From IMG/VR virus record IMGVR_UViG_3300037809_000520, positions 3,259 to 67,258 of that record: 64,000 bases of DNA; one strand, given 5' to 3'. Source of the DNA: a virus. Under the pieces are notes generated by a model. The model worked only from the letters and a program-made list of their open reading frames with translations. It made no database searches and was not told the DNA's origin. A program made the translations under genes and the position numbers. Positions 1 to 9,973 of the stretch are shown piece after piece (the first letter of the stretch is position 1; each line of letters starts with the position of its first letter).

Positions 1-129
1 AATATTTACTTTAGTTTCTTCTAATTTAAATTTATAAAAAGAACACTGTTGGGTAATGACATCCGCCATTAGCTCTCTATTTAGGTGTCTAAATAAACTT
101 ATATCTCTTGCTCCTCCAAATAGTGCCAT
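1..129 (-). CDS. Partial CDS running off the window edge; probable neck/head-closure protein (gp14-like by position)
   Basis: ATG at 129, open to position 1: MALFGGARDISLFRHLNRELMADIITQQCSFYKF...; directly downstream of the gp13-like gene. Confidence 0.5.
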   Translation of the reverse strand, partial: MALFGGARDISLFRHLNRELMADVITQQCSFYKFKLEETKVNI

Positions 130-130
130 A

Positions 131-1291
131 TTATCCTATATAAATTGGAAAAGGAACCTTGCCAAGTTCTTTTTCAATAAAATCACTTTCGGCTGCTCTT
201 CTTTCTAATAATTTTTCTCTTGATGTTTCTCCTAAATAAGCTCTTAATCTATCAATTAGTCTTTCTTTTTCCCCGGTAGCTGCTGTAATTAAATCATTTG
301 CGTTTAATGTAACATTATCTCCTGGGATTGGTACTACTTGATATTTACCTCTAACATATCCTAACATTTCTTTACATACCGCTAAGGCATACTCAAATAT
401 CCAACTTCTACCAACTGAATTAATATCATCATAATTTGGATTAGTATAAGGGACATCATAAATATTAGAAATAGTACTACTTCCTCCTACTACAAATGAA
501 GCACTTGAACGTTCTGAATTTAGAATATATTCAAAATACATTTTATCCGGGGTTCCATCAGGAATTGGGAATAATCTTAAATTATTATTATGTATCTCAA
601 AAGAGTAATTAGCTCTTCTAATCATATCATTAAATTCTATTTGTTGGATAATTTGCATATCAAAATTTATAGGCATTAACATATAATTAACACCTGCAGG
701 AGAAAATTGACCCCATCCAAAGGTATCCATCATTTCTGTCATACCACCCCCACCTTGATAAGGATCAAAAGCTCTCATGGATGCAGGAGGTGCTTCATAA
801 AAAACTCTCATGATTTCTATATCATGGTTTTTATAGTGAGGTATGTTAGCTTGAGCCCATTCTTCTAGATTATAATCTTGAACGCTTTTAGTTAAGTTAA
901 TTTCACCTGTGTGCCAGTCTACATTTCCGCCTGTACCAGCTTCAACCCCATATTGTTCTGACATTTGAATTATTCTTCCTAAATTAGGAACAATAATTGT
1001 ATCTTCAATATCCATAGTAGCAGCATCTGCTCCTTCTAATGTTAGATAATTATCTCTAATTTTAAATCCATATAATTCATTAGCATATATTGTTACTGCT
1101 TCTTCAAAAGCAGCATAAAAATTTAAATCTTGAAGTTCAACATCCACAATAGGATATCCTAATCTTCGGGCCGCAAAAGTTGCAAACTTATCTGCATCTA
1201 TTTGAAATTCAGGATCATTGTCATAAAACCCAAAAGGTGTATCTCCTGGTTGGAATGAACTTGATCCGGGCCATATTGGTATATTTGCCAT
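131..1291 (-). CDS. gp13: Neck (head-tail adaptor) protein, T4 gp13-like
   Basis: RRLGYPIVDVEL N-terminal motif and WIFEYALAVCKEMLG.VRGKY..PIPG..VTLN C-terminal motif typical of the gp13 family. Confidence 0.7.
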   Translation of the reverse strand: MANIPIWPGSSSFQPGDTPFGFYDNDPEFQIDADKFATFAARRLGYPIVDVELQDLNFYAAFEEAVTIYANELYGFKIRDNYLTLEGADAATMDIEDTIIVPNLGRIIQMSEQYGVEAGTGGNVDWHTGEINLTKSVQDYNLEEWAQANIPHYKNHDIEIMRVFYEAPPASMRAFDPYQGGGGMTEMMDTFGWGQFSPAGVNYMLMPINFDMQIIQQIEFNDMIRRANYSFEIHNNNLRLFPIPDGTPDKMYFEYILNSERSSASFVVGGSSTISNIYDVPYTNPNYDDINSVGRSWIFEYALAVCKEMLGYVRGKYQVVPIPGDNVTLNANDLITAATGEKERLIDRLRAYLGETSREKLLERRAAESDFIEKELGKVPFPIYIG

Positions 1292-1302
1292 AGTTTTTTT
1301 AT

Positions 1303-2619
1303 TTACGCGTTATCTGAGTTAACAACTACATATTCTACATCCATTCTTTCTGTCTCAGCATATACAGAAACAAATTCTATATCTTGATCAAAAAATCCAT
1401 TGAATGTACTTCCTGTAACTTGAGGACTTGAAAACATTAGAGATGATGTAGGTAATACATCCATAGTCCAATAACTTCTTGATCCATTTTCTGTAAAATC
1501 ATTTAATGTTAAAGTAAATATTGCATCATTAGTAGTATTACCAATTTCAGCTTTATTTACTGTTACAGTTTCTCCAACTTGATAACCTGTACCCCCAGCT
1601 GCTATTTTTGCTTGGAATATGTCTGTAGTTATATTACTACTGGTTAAAATTGCTAAAGCTGCTTGACCTGAATTTTCAACGTCATTAGCTACAAGAGTAC
1701 AAGTGTAATCAGAACTTACATTTCCAAATCCTACATTTGTTAATTGATCTTTTGATATTGTAATTAATTGAGTTTCCAGATATCCTGTTCCTATATTTAC
1801 TGGGGTTACTGTAGAAACTACTCCTCCAACTGATACTACATTAACTGTACCACCTTGACCTGTAGTTGTATAAACTGCTATTTCTCTTGTTATATCATTC
1901 GTAACATTAGGAGTTAAACCATTATTAGTAAAAGCTTGACCTGTTACTAATTGTCCTGTTCCTAAATCTCCACCTGCAATTGTAAAAGAATCATCTACTA
2001 CATATCCTCTTCCTGGGTCTAATACCATTACAGTTGCTAATGTTGGTTGTGAAGGGTCAGCTCCTGTAACTACAGCCTGAGCTGTTGCTCCTGTACCACT
2101 ACCTCCTACTAAATTAACATTATAAGTTCCTGTGGCACAATCTGTAGGGGCTGAATTTATTGTTAAACTTTGACTCATTATTAAAGATGATGAAACCACA
2201 ACATCTAATGTCATTCCACTACCACTAACACTTGATGTAGTTGGTACAGCTGGGTATAAACCAATTACTCCACCTGATCCACCACTTGTATATGATGAGG
2301 TTAAATCCGTACCTATAATACCTATCCCATCAGGGGCTTTAGAAGATGTAAATGAGACAGCCAATGAAGAAGTAGTATCTAAATTAGTAATTCTAGCATA
2401 TTTCATACTACTTGAAGGAAAAGTACCGGCAGATGGGTTTAAACCATTGACGTTAAACAAATCAATAGAGGTTGATGCTGGTATTGTAACAATTCTTCTA
2501 TCTACATTAGTAATATTACCTAATGTGAAAAAAGTTTCATTTGTAGTTTTAATACCTTTAACTACGTGTTCCTCCTTTATTTTTATTTGAAATGCTGATG
2601 GAGTTAAAATTGATGCCAT
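1303..2619 (-). CDS. Virion structural protein with Gly/Thr-rich beta repeats
   Basis: Repeated GSG(T/M)..., GxGY..G[DE].[IV]T[IV] units; preceded by TATTTATA motif. Confidence 0.5.
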   Translation of the reverse strand: MASILTPSAFQIKIKEEHVVKGIKTTNETFFTLGNITNVDRRIVTIPASTSIDLFNVNGLNPSAGTFPSSSMKYARITNLDTTSSLAVSFTSSKAPDGIGIIGTDLTSSYTSGGSGGVIGLYPAVPTTSSVSGSGMTLDVVVSSSLIMSQSLTINSAPTDCATGTYNVNLVGGSGTGATAQAVVTGADPSQPTLATVMVLDPGRGYVVDDSFTIAGGDLGTGQLVTGQAFTNNGLTPNVTNDITREIAVYTTTGQGGTVNVVSVGGVVSTVTPVNIGTGYLETQLITISKDQLTNVGFGNVSSDYTCTLVANDVENSGQAALAILTSSNITTDIFQAKIAAGGTGYQVGETVTVNKAEIGNTTNDAIFTLTLNDFTENGSRSYWTMDVLPTSSLMFSSPQVTGSTFNGFFDQDIEFVSVYAETERMDVEYVVVNSDNA

Positions 2620-2631
2620 AATTATTTTTGT

Positions 2632-2639
2632 TATAAATA
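2632..2639 (-). promoter_or_regulatory. Putative late promoter TATTTATA
   Basis: 12 nt upstream of ATG at 2619; same 8-mer recurs upstream of many minus-strand genes. Confidence 0.6.
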
Positions 2640-2642
2640 TAT

Positions 2643-2674
2643 AAAAAAAGAGGCTTAATTGCTAAGCCCCTTTT
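2643..2674 (-). terminator. Rho-independent terminator after phoH
   Basis: Minus strand GGGGCTTA-GCAAT-TAAGCCTC followed by T7. Confidence 0.7.
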
Positions 2675-2686
2675 AAATGGTTAGAA

Positions 2687-3421
2687 TTATCGCCTAGCTT
2701 TTCCGCTAGTGCCTGAGGAGCCTTTGATAATTCCCCTGCTTTCAGCTTCTTCATAAATTTCAATCAAATTATCCACAATTGGATCTCTATGATTTTGCAT
2801 TAAGGTAATAGAACACATATTTTTTACTTTACGTGCTGCTGAGTATAAAAATCTAAATCCTGATTCTCTTTTTGATTTTAAATCTACTTGATGGTCATCT
2901 CCACAAATAATCATTTTTGATCTTAAGCCTATTCTAGTTGAAATCATCTCCATTTGTTCATGTGTAACATTTTGAGCTTCATCTACAATAATACAAGAAT
3001 CTAAAAATGTTCTTCCTCTCATAAATGCTAGGGGAACAATTTCTATTTTACCACCTTCAATTAATTTTTCTACTTTTACCTTATCATATAAAGCATACAT
3101 ATTTTGGTAAATAGGTTGAATCCAAGGATCCATTTTTTCCCGCAAATCACCAGGTAAGAATCCAATTTCTTCTTTTGATACTGTAGGTCTTGTAATTATA
3201 ATTTTTGAGTAGTGTCTTCGTATGAGACCATCTAATGCAACTTGACAAGCTAAAAGTGTTTTTCCTGATCCTGCTCTTCCAGCTAATAAAGTTAATGTAC
3301 TATCTAATATTTTTTTCTTTGCTTCTTTTTGTTCTTCGTTTAAACTTATTTTAAATTTTATGGGATTCTTCACTATTCTTTGTTTTCTGTGAACTTCGTC
3401 TGTATGGGGTTTTGAAGGCAT
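2687..3421 (-). CDS. phoH: PhoH-like ATPase
   Basis: GRAGSGKT Walker A, IGFLPGDLREKM, FMRGRTF, DEAQN, TRIG..SKMIICGD..QVD. Confidence 0.95.
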   Translation of the reverse strand: MPSKPHTDEVHRKQRIVKNPIKFKISLNEEQKEAKKKILDSTLTLLAGRAGSGKTLLACQVALDGLIRRHYSKIIITRPTVSKEEIGFLPGDLREKMDPWIQPIYQNMYALYDKVKVEKLIEGGKIEIVPLAFMRGRTFLDSCIIVDEAQNVTHEQMEMISTRIGLRSKMIICGDDHQVDLKSKRESGFRFLYSAARKVKNMCSITLMQNHRDPIVDNLIEIYEEAESRGIIKGSSGTSGKARR

Positions 3422-4137
3422 TTTTGAGTGTGGTTTATTTTAATTAATTTGTCAAGACCTGCATTAACATGCATTGTGTCATCTAACATGGTCTCAAACT
3501 CATATCTAGAATCTAAAGGTAGAACTAAATCTACTTGAGAGCCCCATCTAATTAAACTGAATCTTTCGTTTTGGGCACAAAGATCCCCTTGTTGTTTAAA
3601 AGGGGCTATTACATTTACGTCCTCATCGGCAATTTGTATTAAGTGGTATGTGTAATCTAAAGAAGGAACATACACTTGGTTAGACATTCTTTCATTGTAC
3701 TTTAAGTACGCCATGTTATTTGGGTTGATTACTTTATTCAGTATATCCTTCTCTACCGCTAACATGGGTTTATTTGTTGATTCAATAGGTTCTAATCTTT
3801 TATATTTTAATATACCCCCATATGGAATTCTATTAATATGAACATCATAAAATGACATAAATATTCCAATAACTAAAGAGGGTTTATTAAATTCACTATC
3901 ACCCATTACATCTTGGATAGTATAATCGATACCTTTAATTTCTAAAACTTGCTCCCCGGGTTGGACTATTTTTTGATATAATATAGTTCCATCTGAAGGG
4001 CTATAAAAATGTTCATAATCTATAAATGTAGGCCTAATTGGGTCTCTAAAGAAGAAATTATTACTTAATTCTCCAACAGACATTTTAGATAATTCTGCTA
4101 CTTCTCCATTTAACCAATCTTCTAATTTTTCAGCCAT
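3373..4137 (-). CDS. psd: Phosphatidylserine decarboxylase-family pyruvoyl enzyme lacking a membrane anchor
   Basis: FFFRDP.R, SPSDG, IGIFMS.YDVH.NR.P, NER and IRWGSQVDL self-cleavage site. Confidence 0.8.
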   Translation of the reverse strand: MAEKLEDWLNGEVAELSKMSVGELSNNFFFRDPIRPTFIDYEHFYSPSDGTILYQKIVQPGEQVLEIKGIDYTIQDVMGDSEFNKPSLVIGIFMSFYDVHINRIPYGGILKYKRLEPIESTNKPMLAVEKDILNKVINPNNMAYLKYNERMSNQVYVPSLDYTYHLIQIADEDVNVIAPFKQQGDLCAQNERFSLIRWGSQVDLVLPLDSRYEFETMLDDTMHVNAGLDKLIKINHTQKCLQNPIQTKFTENKE

Positions 4138-5051
4138 TATAGGAGGGATTTAAAATGATCAACTCTATTTAAGTGCATTACCATGCAACTTAACATAGCT
4201 CCTGATTTCATATATTCTGATAGATTAAATATTACAGGTTCCATTCCTTCATTAGAACATATTTTTTCTAATGATTCAATTTTATGCTTTTCTCCTTCAT
4301 AAAATTCATCTCCTTTTTTCATTTCGGAAATATTGGAAGCACATAAAATCATATTTCCCAATCTAACAGAATTAGCCATTCCATAAGTTGAATCTTCAGC
4401 ATCTATATCTATTATATTTGTATATTTGCTTATTTGTGCTAATTCTTCTTTATCATATAGTTCAGTGCAAACCATAGTTGAATGTGTATTTAACGGGAAT
4501 ATACTACAATCTAGGTGGTACATATATTCGTCTACCATTTTAACTTTAATAATTTTCATATCAAAATTTTCCTCCATCCAATGATATGTTTTTATGTCTG
4601 ATCTAATATCATACCCACCTATATAAACATTATCCTTTAAATATTTAATATCTGCTTCTCCTTCCCATTTATGGGGGGATATATGAGTTTTATAACCCAT
4701 CTGATTGAAAAATTTTTCACCTACAAATTCTTCACCCTGTCTTGGGGGAGAAGTATAATTAGATAATAGGATATGATTTTCATCTTTAATGTGGGGTAAC
4801 TGTAAGCCTAAATTTGCAACATAAATCAAATCTTGGAAATTACCTTCTGCTGGTAATAAATGGACTAGAGATTGGCCTGCCATAAAATTATACAGATCCA
4901 TAAATTGTTTATATGCTTTTGGTTTGTTTATGGTTAATTCTTTTTCTGACATTTCTTTCATCCAAACATTATTGGGATCATTGGTTGAAAATGTATGTGG
5001 AAAATTCATTACATAACTTTGAATAGGTAACTGTGATGGTGTTTCTTTCAT
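4137..5051 (-). CDS. Amidinotransferase/arginine deiminase-fold hydrolase (DDAH/ArgZ-like)
   Basis: D.IYVAN.G, R.GE, WEGEAD, YHLDC and EYMKSGAMLSC with C-terminal catalytic Cys. Confidence 0.8.
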   Translation of the reverse strand: MKETPSQLPIQSYVMNFPHTFSTNDPNNVWMKEMSEKELTINKPKAYKQFMDLYNFMAGQSLVHLLPAEGNFQDLIYVANLGLQLPHIKDENHILLSNYTSPPRQGEEFVGEKFFNQMGYKTHISPHKWEGEADIKYLKDNVYIGGYDIRSDIKTYHWMEENFDMKIIKVKMVDEYMYHLDCSIFPLNTHSTMVCTELYDKEELAQISKYTNIIDIDAEDSTYGMANSVRLGNMILCASNISEMKKGDEFYEGEKHKIESLEKICSNEGMEPVIFNLSEYMKSGAMLSCMVMHLNRVDHFKSLL

Positions 5052-5078
5052 TTGAAAACTTTTTAATTAATATACAGG

Positions 5079-5086
5079 TATAAATA
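5079..5086 (-). promoter_or_regulatory. Putative late promoter TATTTATA
   Basis: Between capsid-gene terminator and ATG at 5051. Confidence 0.55.
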
Positions 5087-5117
5087 TACTAACTACTAAC
5101 TAAGTATACACTAGTAG

Positions 5118-5145
5118 AAAAAAAAAGCCCCGCTAATGCGGGGCT
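5118..5145 (-). terminator. Rho-independent terminator after major capsid gene
   Basis: AGCCCCGC-ATTA-GCGGGGCT perfect stem followed by long T run. Confidence 0.9.
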
Positions 5146-5169
5146 CTTAATTTATTTAAAATCTATTGA

Positions 5170-6813
5170 TTAAAGAGTGTTTAATCCTTCAACATAAATT
5201 TTACCATAAAATTCCGGGCGTACCACTTTCTTAGCATAACGAGTAAGTAAACCTTTTCTTGGAGTGAAGGTTGCTGGATCGTATACTAAAGGAGTCATGA
5301 TTAACGGAATGTATGGAGCAAATACAGCACCAGCTTCTAAGAACTGACCACCTCTGAATCCCATTAAAATGGTATTTTCAGTCATGTATGGGTTCTTATA
5401 AACAGTGTATCTTGAATTGATAGTACCTGCTTTTTGTACACCAAATGCGTAGCTCATTTTAGCTGCATCACCATCAGAAGTACTAGCAAATCCTGGAATA
5501 GATTCGATAATAGTAGCTACTGTTGGAGAACATACCATGAAATTAGCTCCACCTCTAAGAGTTTTCTGGTGAATTATATTACTTAACTTCTGAACTTTAG
5601 TTCCTAAAGTTTGGAACCATTGTCCTTGTGAGTTATAGAAACCTAAATCTGCATCTACAACACCTGTTGAAGCTAATGATAGGTTGTTCTGTGCACTCCA
5701 GTACTCAGTACCAGCAGCAGCAGATTCGATCAACATATCAAGAATTTCTAAATCAATTTCTAATGAGATATACTCACTCATAATTGAAGTTAATTCAGCT
5801 TCAGCATCCAAAGAATGGTAAGCGTTAAGATCTTGAGCGAACTCAGGAGTCCAAACAGCTTTCAATTTACGAGTCTTAGCAACAATTGCTTCTGACTGCA
5901 TTTGAATGTTGATTTCAGGAATAGTGATTGGATCATTATTACCATTTAAGTTAGTGTTACCTTCTTCAAAATCACCTCTTTGAGCGTCATTTGTTTGCAT
6001 TAAGTACTCAACTTTTAAACCAGTACCAGCTTCAATAACTGATGAACTAACATAAAATTCAATGTTTTCACCATTGATTTTAGTAAATTGTGGGTATTGA
6101 GTTGTTACTGCTGGAAATGTTGTCGTTGCCGAACCTGATAAATAGAAACCTCTAACGGCTCTTTCATCAAAGTTAGGTAATGAAGAAGTTGGAATTGCTA
6201 AACATACAATCTGATCAGTAGCACCGGCAACATAAGATTGAGATACTGAAGAATCAGCATTTAAATCTGTGTACCAATCAACAGAACTAGAAGCTACTGT
6301 ATAAGCAGCAGATTGAGTGTTGTTAATTGAATATCCAAATCTACCAGCACCATAAAGACCACCTGTAGCACCGTTACCAAATGGAGTATTTCCATCAGTA
6401 GCACCATATAGTGAATCACCTGCTGTGAATGGTTGTTTAGTAGTTCCGTATTGGAAATCTAAATAAAATACTAGACCAGAAGGTAGATTCATTGGTTGAA
6501 CCGAAACGAATTCTTTCGCTGCGATTTGACCAAATACCTTTCTTACTAGTGGTAAAGCTACACCCGCCCATTGTGCTCCTGTTCCAGGAGTAAATGTACC
6601 TGCTCCAGGAAGTGGACCACCGGTATTGCTTTCTTCCATAACTAATTGCTTAGCTTGGTTTTCAAGGATCATAGACATATTGTTTTTCTCAGTTTCGTTA
6701 CCGATACCTTCTAACAAGCCTGTCTTGTTCCATTTGTTGGCTAATCTTGCAGCATCACTTTGTAATGACTTGTAAGGATTAGCGCTTTCTAAAAGAGAAT
6801 TTAATTGACTCAT
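5170..6813 (-). CDS. gp23: Major capsid protein, T4 gp23 family
   Basis: VQPM..PSGLVF, AKTRKLKAVWTPEFAQDL.AYH.LDAEAEL, APYIPL, FTPRKGLLTRY. Confidence 0.97.
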   Translation of the reverse strand: MSQLNSLLESANPYKSLQSDAARLANKWNKTGLLEGIGNETEKNNMSMILENQAKQLVMEESNTGGPLPGAGTFTPGTGAQWAGVALPLVRKVFGQIAAKEFVSVQPMNLPSGLVFYLDFQYGTTKQPFTAGDSLYGATDGNTPFGNGATGGLYGAGRFGYSINNTQSAAYTVASSSVDWYTDLNADSSVSQSYVAGATDQIVCLAIPTSSLPNFDERAVRGFYLSGSATTTFPAVTTQYPQFTKINGENIEFYVSSSVIEAGTGLKVEYLMQTNDAQRGDFEEGNTNLNGNNDPITIPEINIQMQSEAIVAKTRKLKAVWTPEFAQDLNAYHSLDAEAELTSIMSEYISLEIDLEILDMLIESAAAGTEYWSAQNNLSLASTGVVDADLGFYNSQGQWFQTLGTKVQKLSNIIHQKTLRGGANFMVCSPTVATIIESIPGFASTSDGDAAKMSYAFGVQKAGTINSRYTVYKNPYMTENTILMGFRGGQFLEAGAVFAPYIPLIMTPLVYDPATFTPRKGLLTRYAKKVVRPEFYGKIYVEGLNTL

Positions 6814-6856
6814 TTTTTACGTTTTTAAAATTTAATAATTGTTTTAATTTACTTAA

Positions 6857-8002
6857 TTAGATTATTCCAGCTAATTTTTTAAAGCGTGCGACCATTTCAT
6901 CTGATTCAACAATTGGTTGTTTTTTAGTTGTTTTTGGAGCTGATAAGTTTGAAGCACTACCTTTTGGTCTAATGCTTTCGCTAATAGATTTATTTGTAGT
7001 TTTGGATTTAATACTACCATCGATAGTTTCAAATACAAGTTTTACTTCTTTAATTGTTTCAGCTTTATCAAAAGCACTTAATACTTTAACCTTTTGGTTT
7101 TCTGATAAATTTTTACCGCGGAACACTTTGTTTGTGTAAAGTAACTTAGCATTTAATAAATTAATTTCATTTAATTCAGATCTTAATGTAGCAACAGTTT
7201 GCATTGCTTCATCTAAATCCTTTTTTAATTCATCTTTTGCTTCGTCTATTTCTTCTTTACCTTCATCAATGTCATCTTTAGCTTCAGCTACATCCACAGA
7301 AGTTTCTTCATCATCTTCTACTTCAATTTCTCCGTCTACGTCAACATCAACATCTACATCATCTTCGAATGATTCACCGGCTTCAATTTCACCTGCATTA
7401 ACCATATCTTCGATTACGTCTTCGATAAATTTCTTAAGGTCTTCTTCAGACATATCTTCAAGGTCGATGTCTTCATCTTCCTCACCATCTATGTCTTCTT
7501 TCTCATCTTTTTCACCGTCTAAGTAGCCTTCTTCTTCAGCATCAGTACGTTCGTCCTCTTTCAAGTCCTCTTTTTCGTCCTTAATACCGTCCTTGTAGCC
7601 TTCTTCTTCAGCGTCTGTACAAGCATTTTCTTTAAGATCTTCATCTTTTTCTAATTCTGCTAAAATTTCATCTAAGTTCATATCATCTTCCTCTTTGATT
7701 TTACGCATTTTTTCAGTTTCAGTCTCAGCCTTATTATCAGACTTACGATCGTCACCTTCGCGCTTTTCCTTTTTGGTCATATACTCTTTCTTTTCTGAAA
7801 TCTTATCATCTTTTGCTTCATCTACTTCATCATAAGCTTCATTCACTTCTTCTTCTTTTTCCATTTCTTCTAGTTTACTAGCAAACATGGCTTGAACTTG
7901 AGGTGAGAAAGCTTCTTCTAAAGCGACTTTAGCATTTGCTATTGCAGATTCTTTGACTGCTTTAGCATCGGCGATAGCCTCTCGTAAAAAGTTTCTATTC
8001 AT
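6857..8002 (-). CDS. Prohead core scaffolding protein
   Basis: Highly acidic coiled-coil protein between protease and capsid genes; C-terminal RFKKLAGII. Confidence 0.8.
   Translation of the reverse strand: MNRNFLREAIADAKAVKESAIANAKVALEEAFSPQVQAMFASKLEEMEKEEEVNEAYDEVDEAKDDKISEKKEYMTKKEKREGDDRKSDNKAETETEKMRKIKEEDDMNLDEILAELEKDEDLKENACTDAEEEGYKDGIKDEKEDLKEDERTDAEEEGYLDGEKDEKEDIDGEEDEDIDLEDMSEEDLKKFIEDVIEDMVNAGEIEAGESFEDDVDVDVDVDGEIEVEDDEETSVDVAEAKDDIDEGKEEIDEAKDELKKDLDEAMQTVATLRSELNEINLLNAKLLYTNKVFRGKNLSENQKVKVLSAFDKAETIKEVKLVFETIDGSIKSKTTNKSISESIRPKGSASNLSAPKTTKKQPIVESDEMVARFKKLAGII
7493..7640 (-). repeat. 72-nt (24-aa) tandem duplication inside scaffold gene
   Basis: TDAEEEGY.DG.KDEKED twice; gtagccttcttcttcagc at 7523 and 7595. 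Confidence 0.85.
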
Positions 8003-8192
8003 TTTTCCTAAATTTTTTGTTGGGAAACTACGTTTATTAAGAAACGTAATGGGGGGTTATAATAAAAATTATTGATGCCATATAAGAAATGGCATATTAT
8101 CAATTATACGTATATGAGGAGGTATAGAAATCGAAAAGGCGCATCAAAAAATTGAATACGCCTCTTCTAGGAACCAGGGTTAAACTGTTAAA

Positions 8193-8795
8193 TTATATTA
8201 TTGGACATTGTCCATGTGAGCATAATATCTCACTTAATATACTATTTACATTCTTATATTTGTCTTGTGCTTTAAATTCTTTGCTTTCTCTTACTAAATG
8301 CATAAATGAATCTGGGTTGGAAGGAGTTGAAACAAAATCCCAACACAATAATTCAAAATCATCTTGAACTTCCATCAATTCACCTTTTTGTTCTAATGAA
8401 CCCATTCCTCTTGATGATACCCCAACAGTAATACCATTTTCAACTAATGCTTTAAGTATATTTCCATTTGGTGTTGGTAGAATTTCAATTTTACCCATTA
8501 CATTATCACCATCCCACCACATATCAGAAACATTATGTGATACATTTTGAAGATTTATTACTGATGATTCTGGGTGGTCTAATTCCCCCATAGCTCTGTG
8601 TTCATCAACTAATACTCTATATTTGTCAATTTCTCTATCCCATAATTCTTTAGAATAGTATCTACCATTTCCATTTTTTACTTCAGCAGTAGCTAGTACT
8701 CCCTCAACTAAAGGTAAACCCCTTTTCGAACGAGATTCATTTAGAGTTACTCCCTTAGGTTTAAATACGTGTGTTTCTATTAATAATTGACTCAT
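8193..8795 (-). CDS. gp21: Prohead protease, T4 gp21 family
   Basis: N.NGRYY, GELDHP, VSH, GVSSRGMGS, DFELLCWDFVSTPS. Confidence 0.95.
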   Translation of the reverse strand: MSQLLIETHVFKPKGVTLNESRSKRGLPLVEGVLATAEVKNGNGRYYSKELWDREIDKYRVLVDEHRAMGELDHPESSVINLQNVSHNVSDMWWDGDNVMGKIEILPTPNGNILKALVENGITVGVSSRGMGSLEQKGELMEVQDDFELLCWDFVSTPSNPDSFMHLVRESKEFKAQDKYKNVNSILSEILCSHGQCPII

Positions 8796-8803
8796 AATAT
8801 GTT

Positions 8804-9973
8804 TTATGCAGTTCTAAATTTTGATAATCCTGAATATGATTCTTTGTTATCATTACTGTTTTCATTTGAATTTTCGTTACTACCATTATTACTGTTGGCA
8901 TTACTTTCTTCATTTCTAGGAGCCCAATCAGCATCTTGACCATTTTGTCTTTTCCATGCTTCAGGATCCATTTCAGTAACCACTTTTTTGTATGATTTAC
9001 CACACATTTTTTCATACATTTTTTCCATGCCCGCTTTTTTCTTTTCAAGAAGTTTTACTTCACGTTGCATTTCTTTCATTTTTTTCTTATCTACTAATTC
9101 AGATAAATTATCATCTTCAGTAACCATAGAAATTCTATCGTTTTTACTTTCAATAATTTCATCTAAAGCTTCGATTTGTAATTCTAAAGTAGCAATTTTT
9201 CCATTAGTTTCAATTTCCGCTAATTTGCTATCTGTCGTTTCTTTTTTTACTTTTTTCTTCTTGATTTTTGCCTTTGGTTTTTCTCCTAAAGGACTATTTT
9301 CTAATAAATCTACTAATGATATCATTTTATTTTCTTTTAATTCTAAATAACCAGTACCTACTTCACCTTCTGGGAAGTCTTTTTTTGTGGCTTCACCATA
9401 TCCACCCCCAACACCGGGGTCTTTAACCATTTTACCTTTACCTAAAGCCGGCGCTTCTTCAGTGTATCCTATTCCTTTGATTCCAAATTGTGCTTCCTCA
9501 ACATAATATAAAGGATTTTTATCCATATTCTTAATGACTAAATCAATTAATTCTTGTTTAGTTTTATCTTTGTTAGCTTCATCTGTAAGTTCTGTAAAAT
9601 ACCCTTGACGAAACTGTTCACCAGCTACATTATTAAGCATTTTATCATCTTTATAATCATATCCTCTGTCAGGTGCCTGTAAATCAGTTACTCCTTTTGT
9701 AACCTTTTTTTCAATGGCTTTAGCCTCTTCTTCAGAGATTAAATTCATGTTATCATCAAATAATTTAAACCAGTCTGGTTTTTTAGTATTTCCTGTTCCT
9801 ACATAAAGGTTTTCAGCTATAATACTTCTACCAATTAGAGCAGATGATGCTTCCTTAAATCCAGCAGCGTTGCGTACTAAATTAGGATATTTTGATTTAA
9901 CTTCTTTAAGGAAAATATGTTTACTACCTTTTCCTTTTTTAATTTGATTGTATTGTTCTTGTAATGTTTTCAT
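8804..9973 (-). CDS. Putative internal head/core protein
   Basis: In head cluster; MKTLQE start, internal IAE/ISE/LKE/LLE sites, internal MISLVDLLE. Confidence 0.45.
   Translation of the reverse strand: MKTLQEQYNQIKKGKGSKHIFLKEVKSKYPNLVRNAAGFKEASSALIGRSIIAENLYVGTGNTKKPDWFKLFDDNMNLISEEEAKAIEKKVTKGVTDLQAPDRGYDYKDDKMLNNVAGEQFRQGYFTELTDEANKDKTKQELIDLVIKNMDKNPLYYVEEAQFGIKGIGYTEEAPALGKGKMVKDPGVGGGYGEATKKDFPEGEVGTGYLELKENKMISLVDLLENSPLGEKPKAKIKKKKVKKETTDSKLAEIETNGKIATLELQIEALDEIIESKNDRISMVTEDDNLSELVDKKKMKEMQREVKLLEKKKAGMEKMYEKMCGKSYKKVVTEMDPEAWKRQNGQDADWAPRNEESNANSNNGSNENSNENSNDNKESYSGLSKFRTA

Noticed and set aside
8761-9048. Alternate-frame minus ORFs 8761-9048 and 28196-28405
   Set aside because: Nested out of frame in longer genes, with no independent signals
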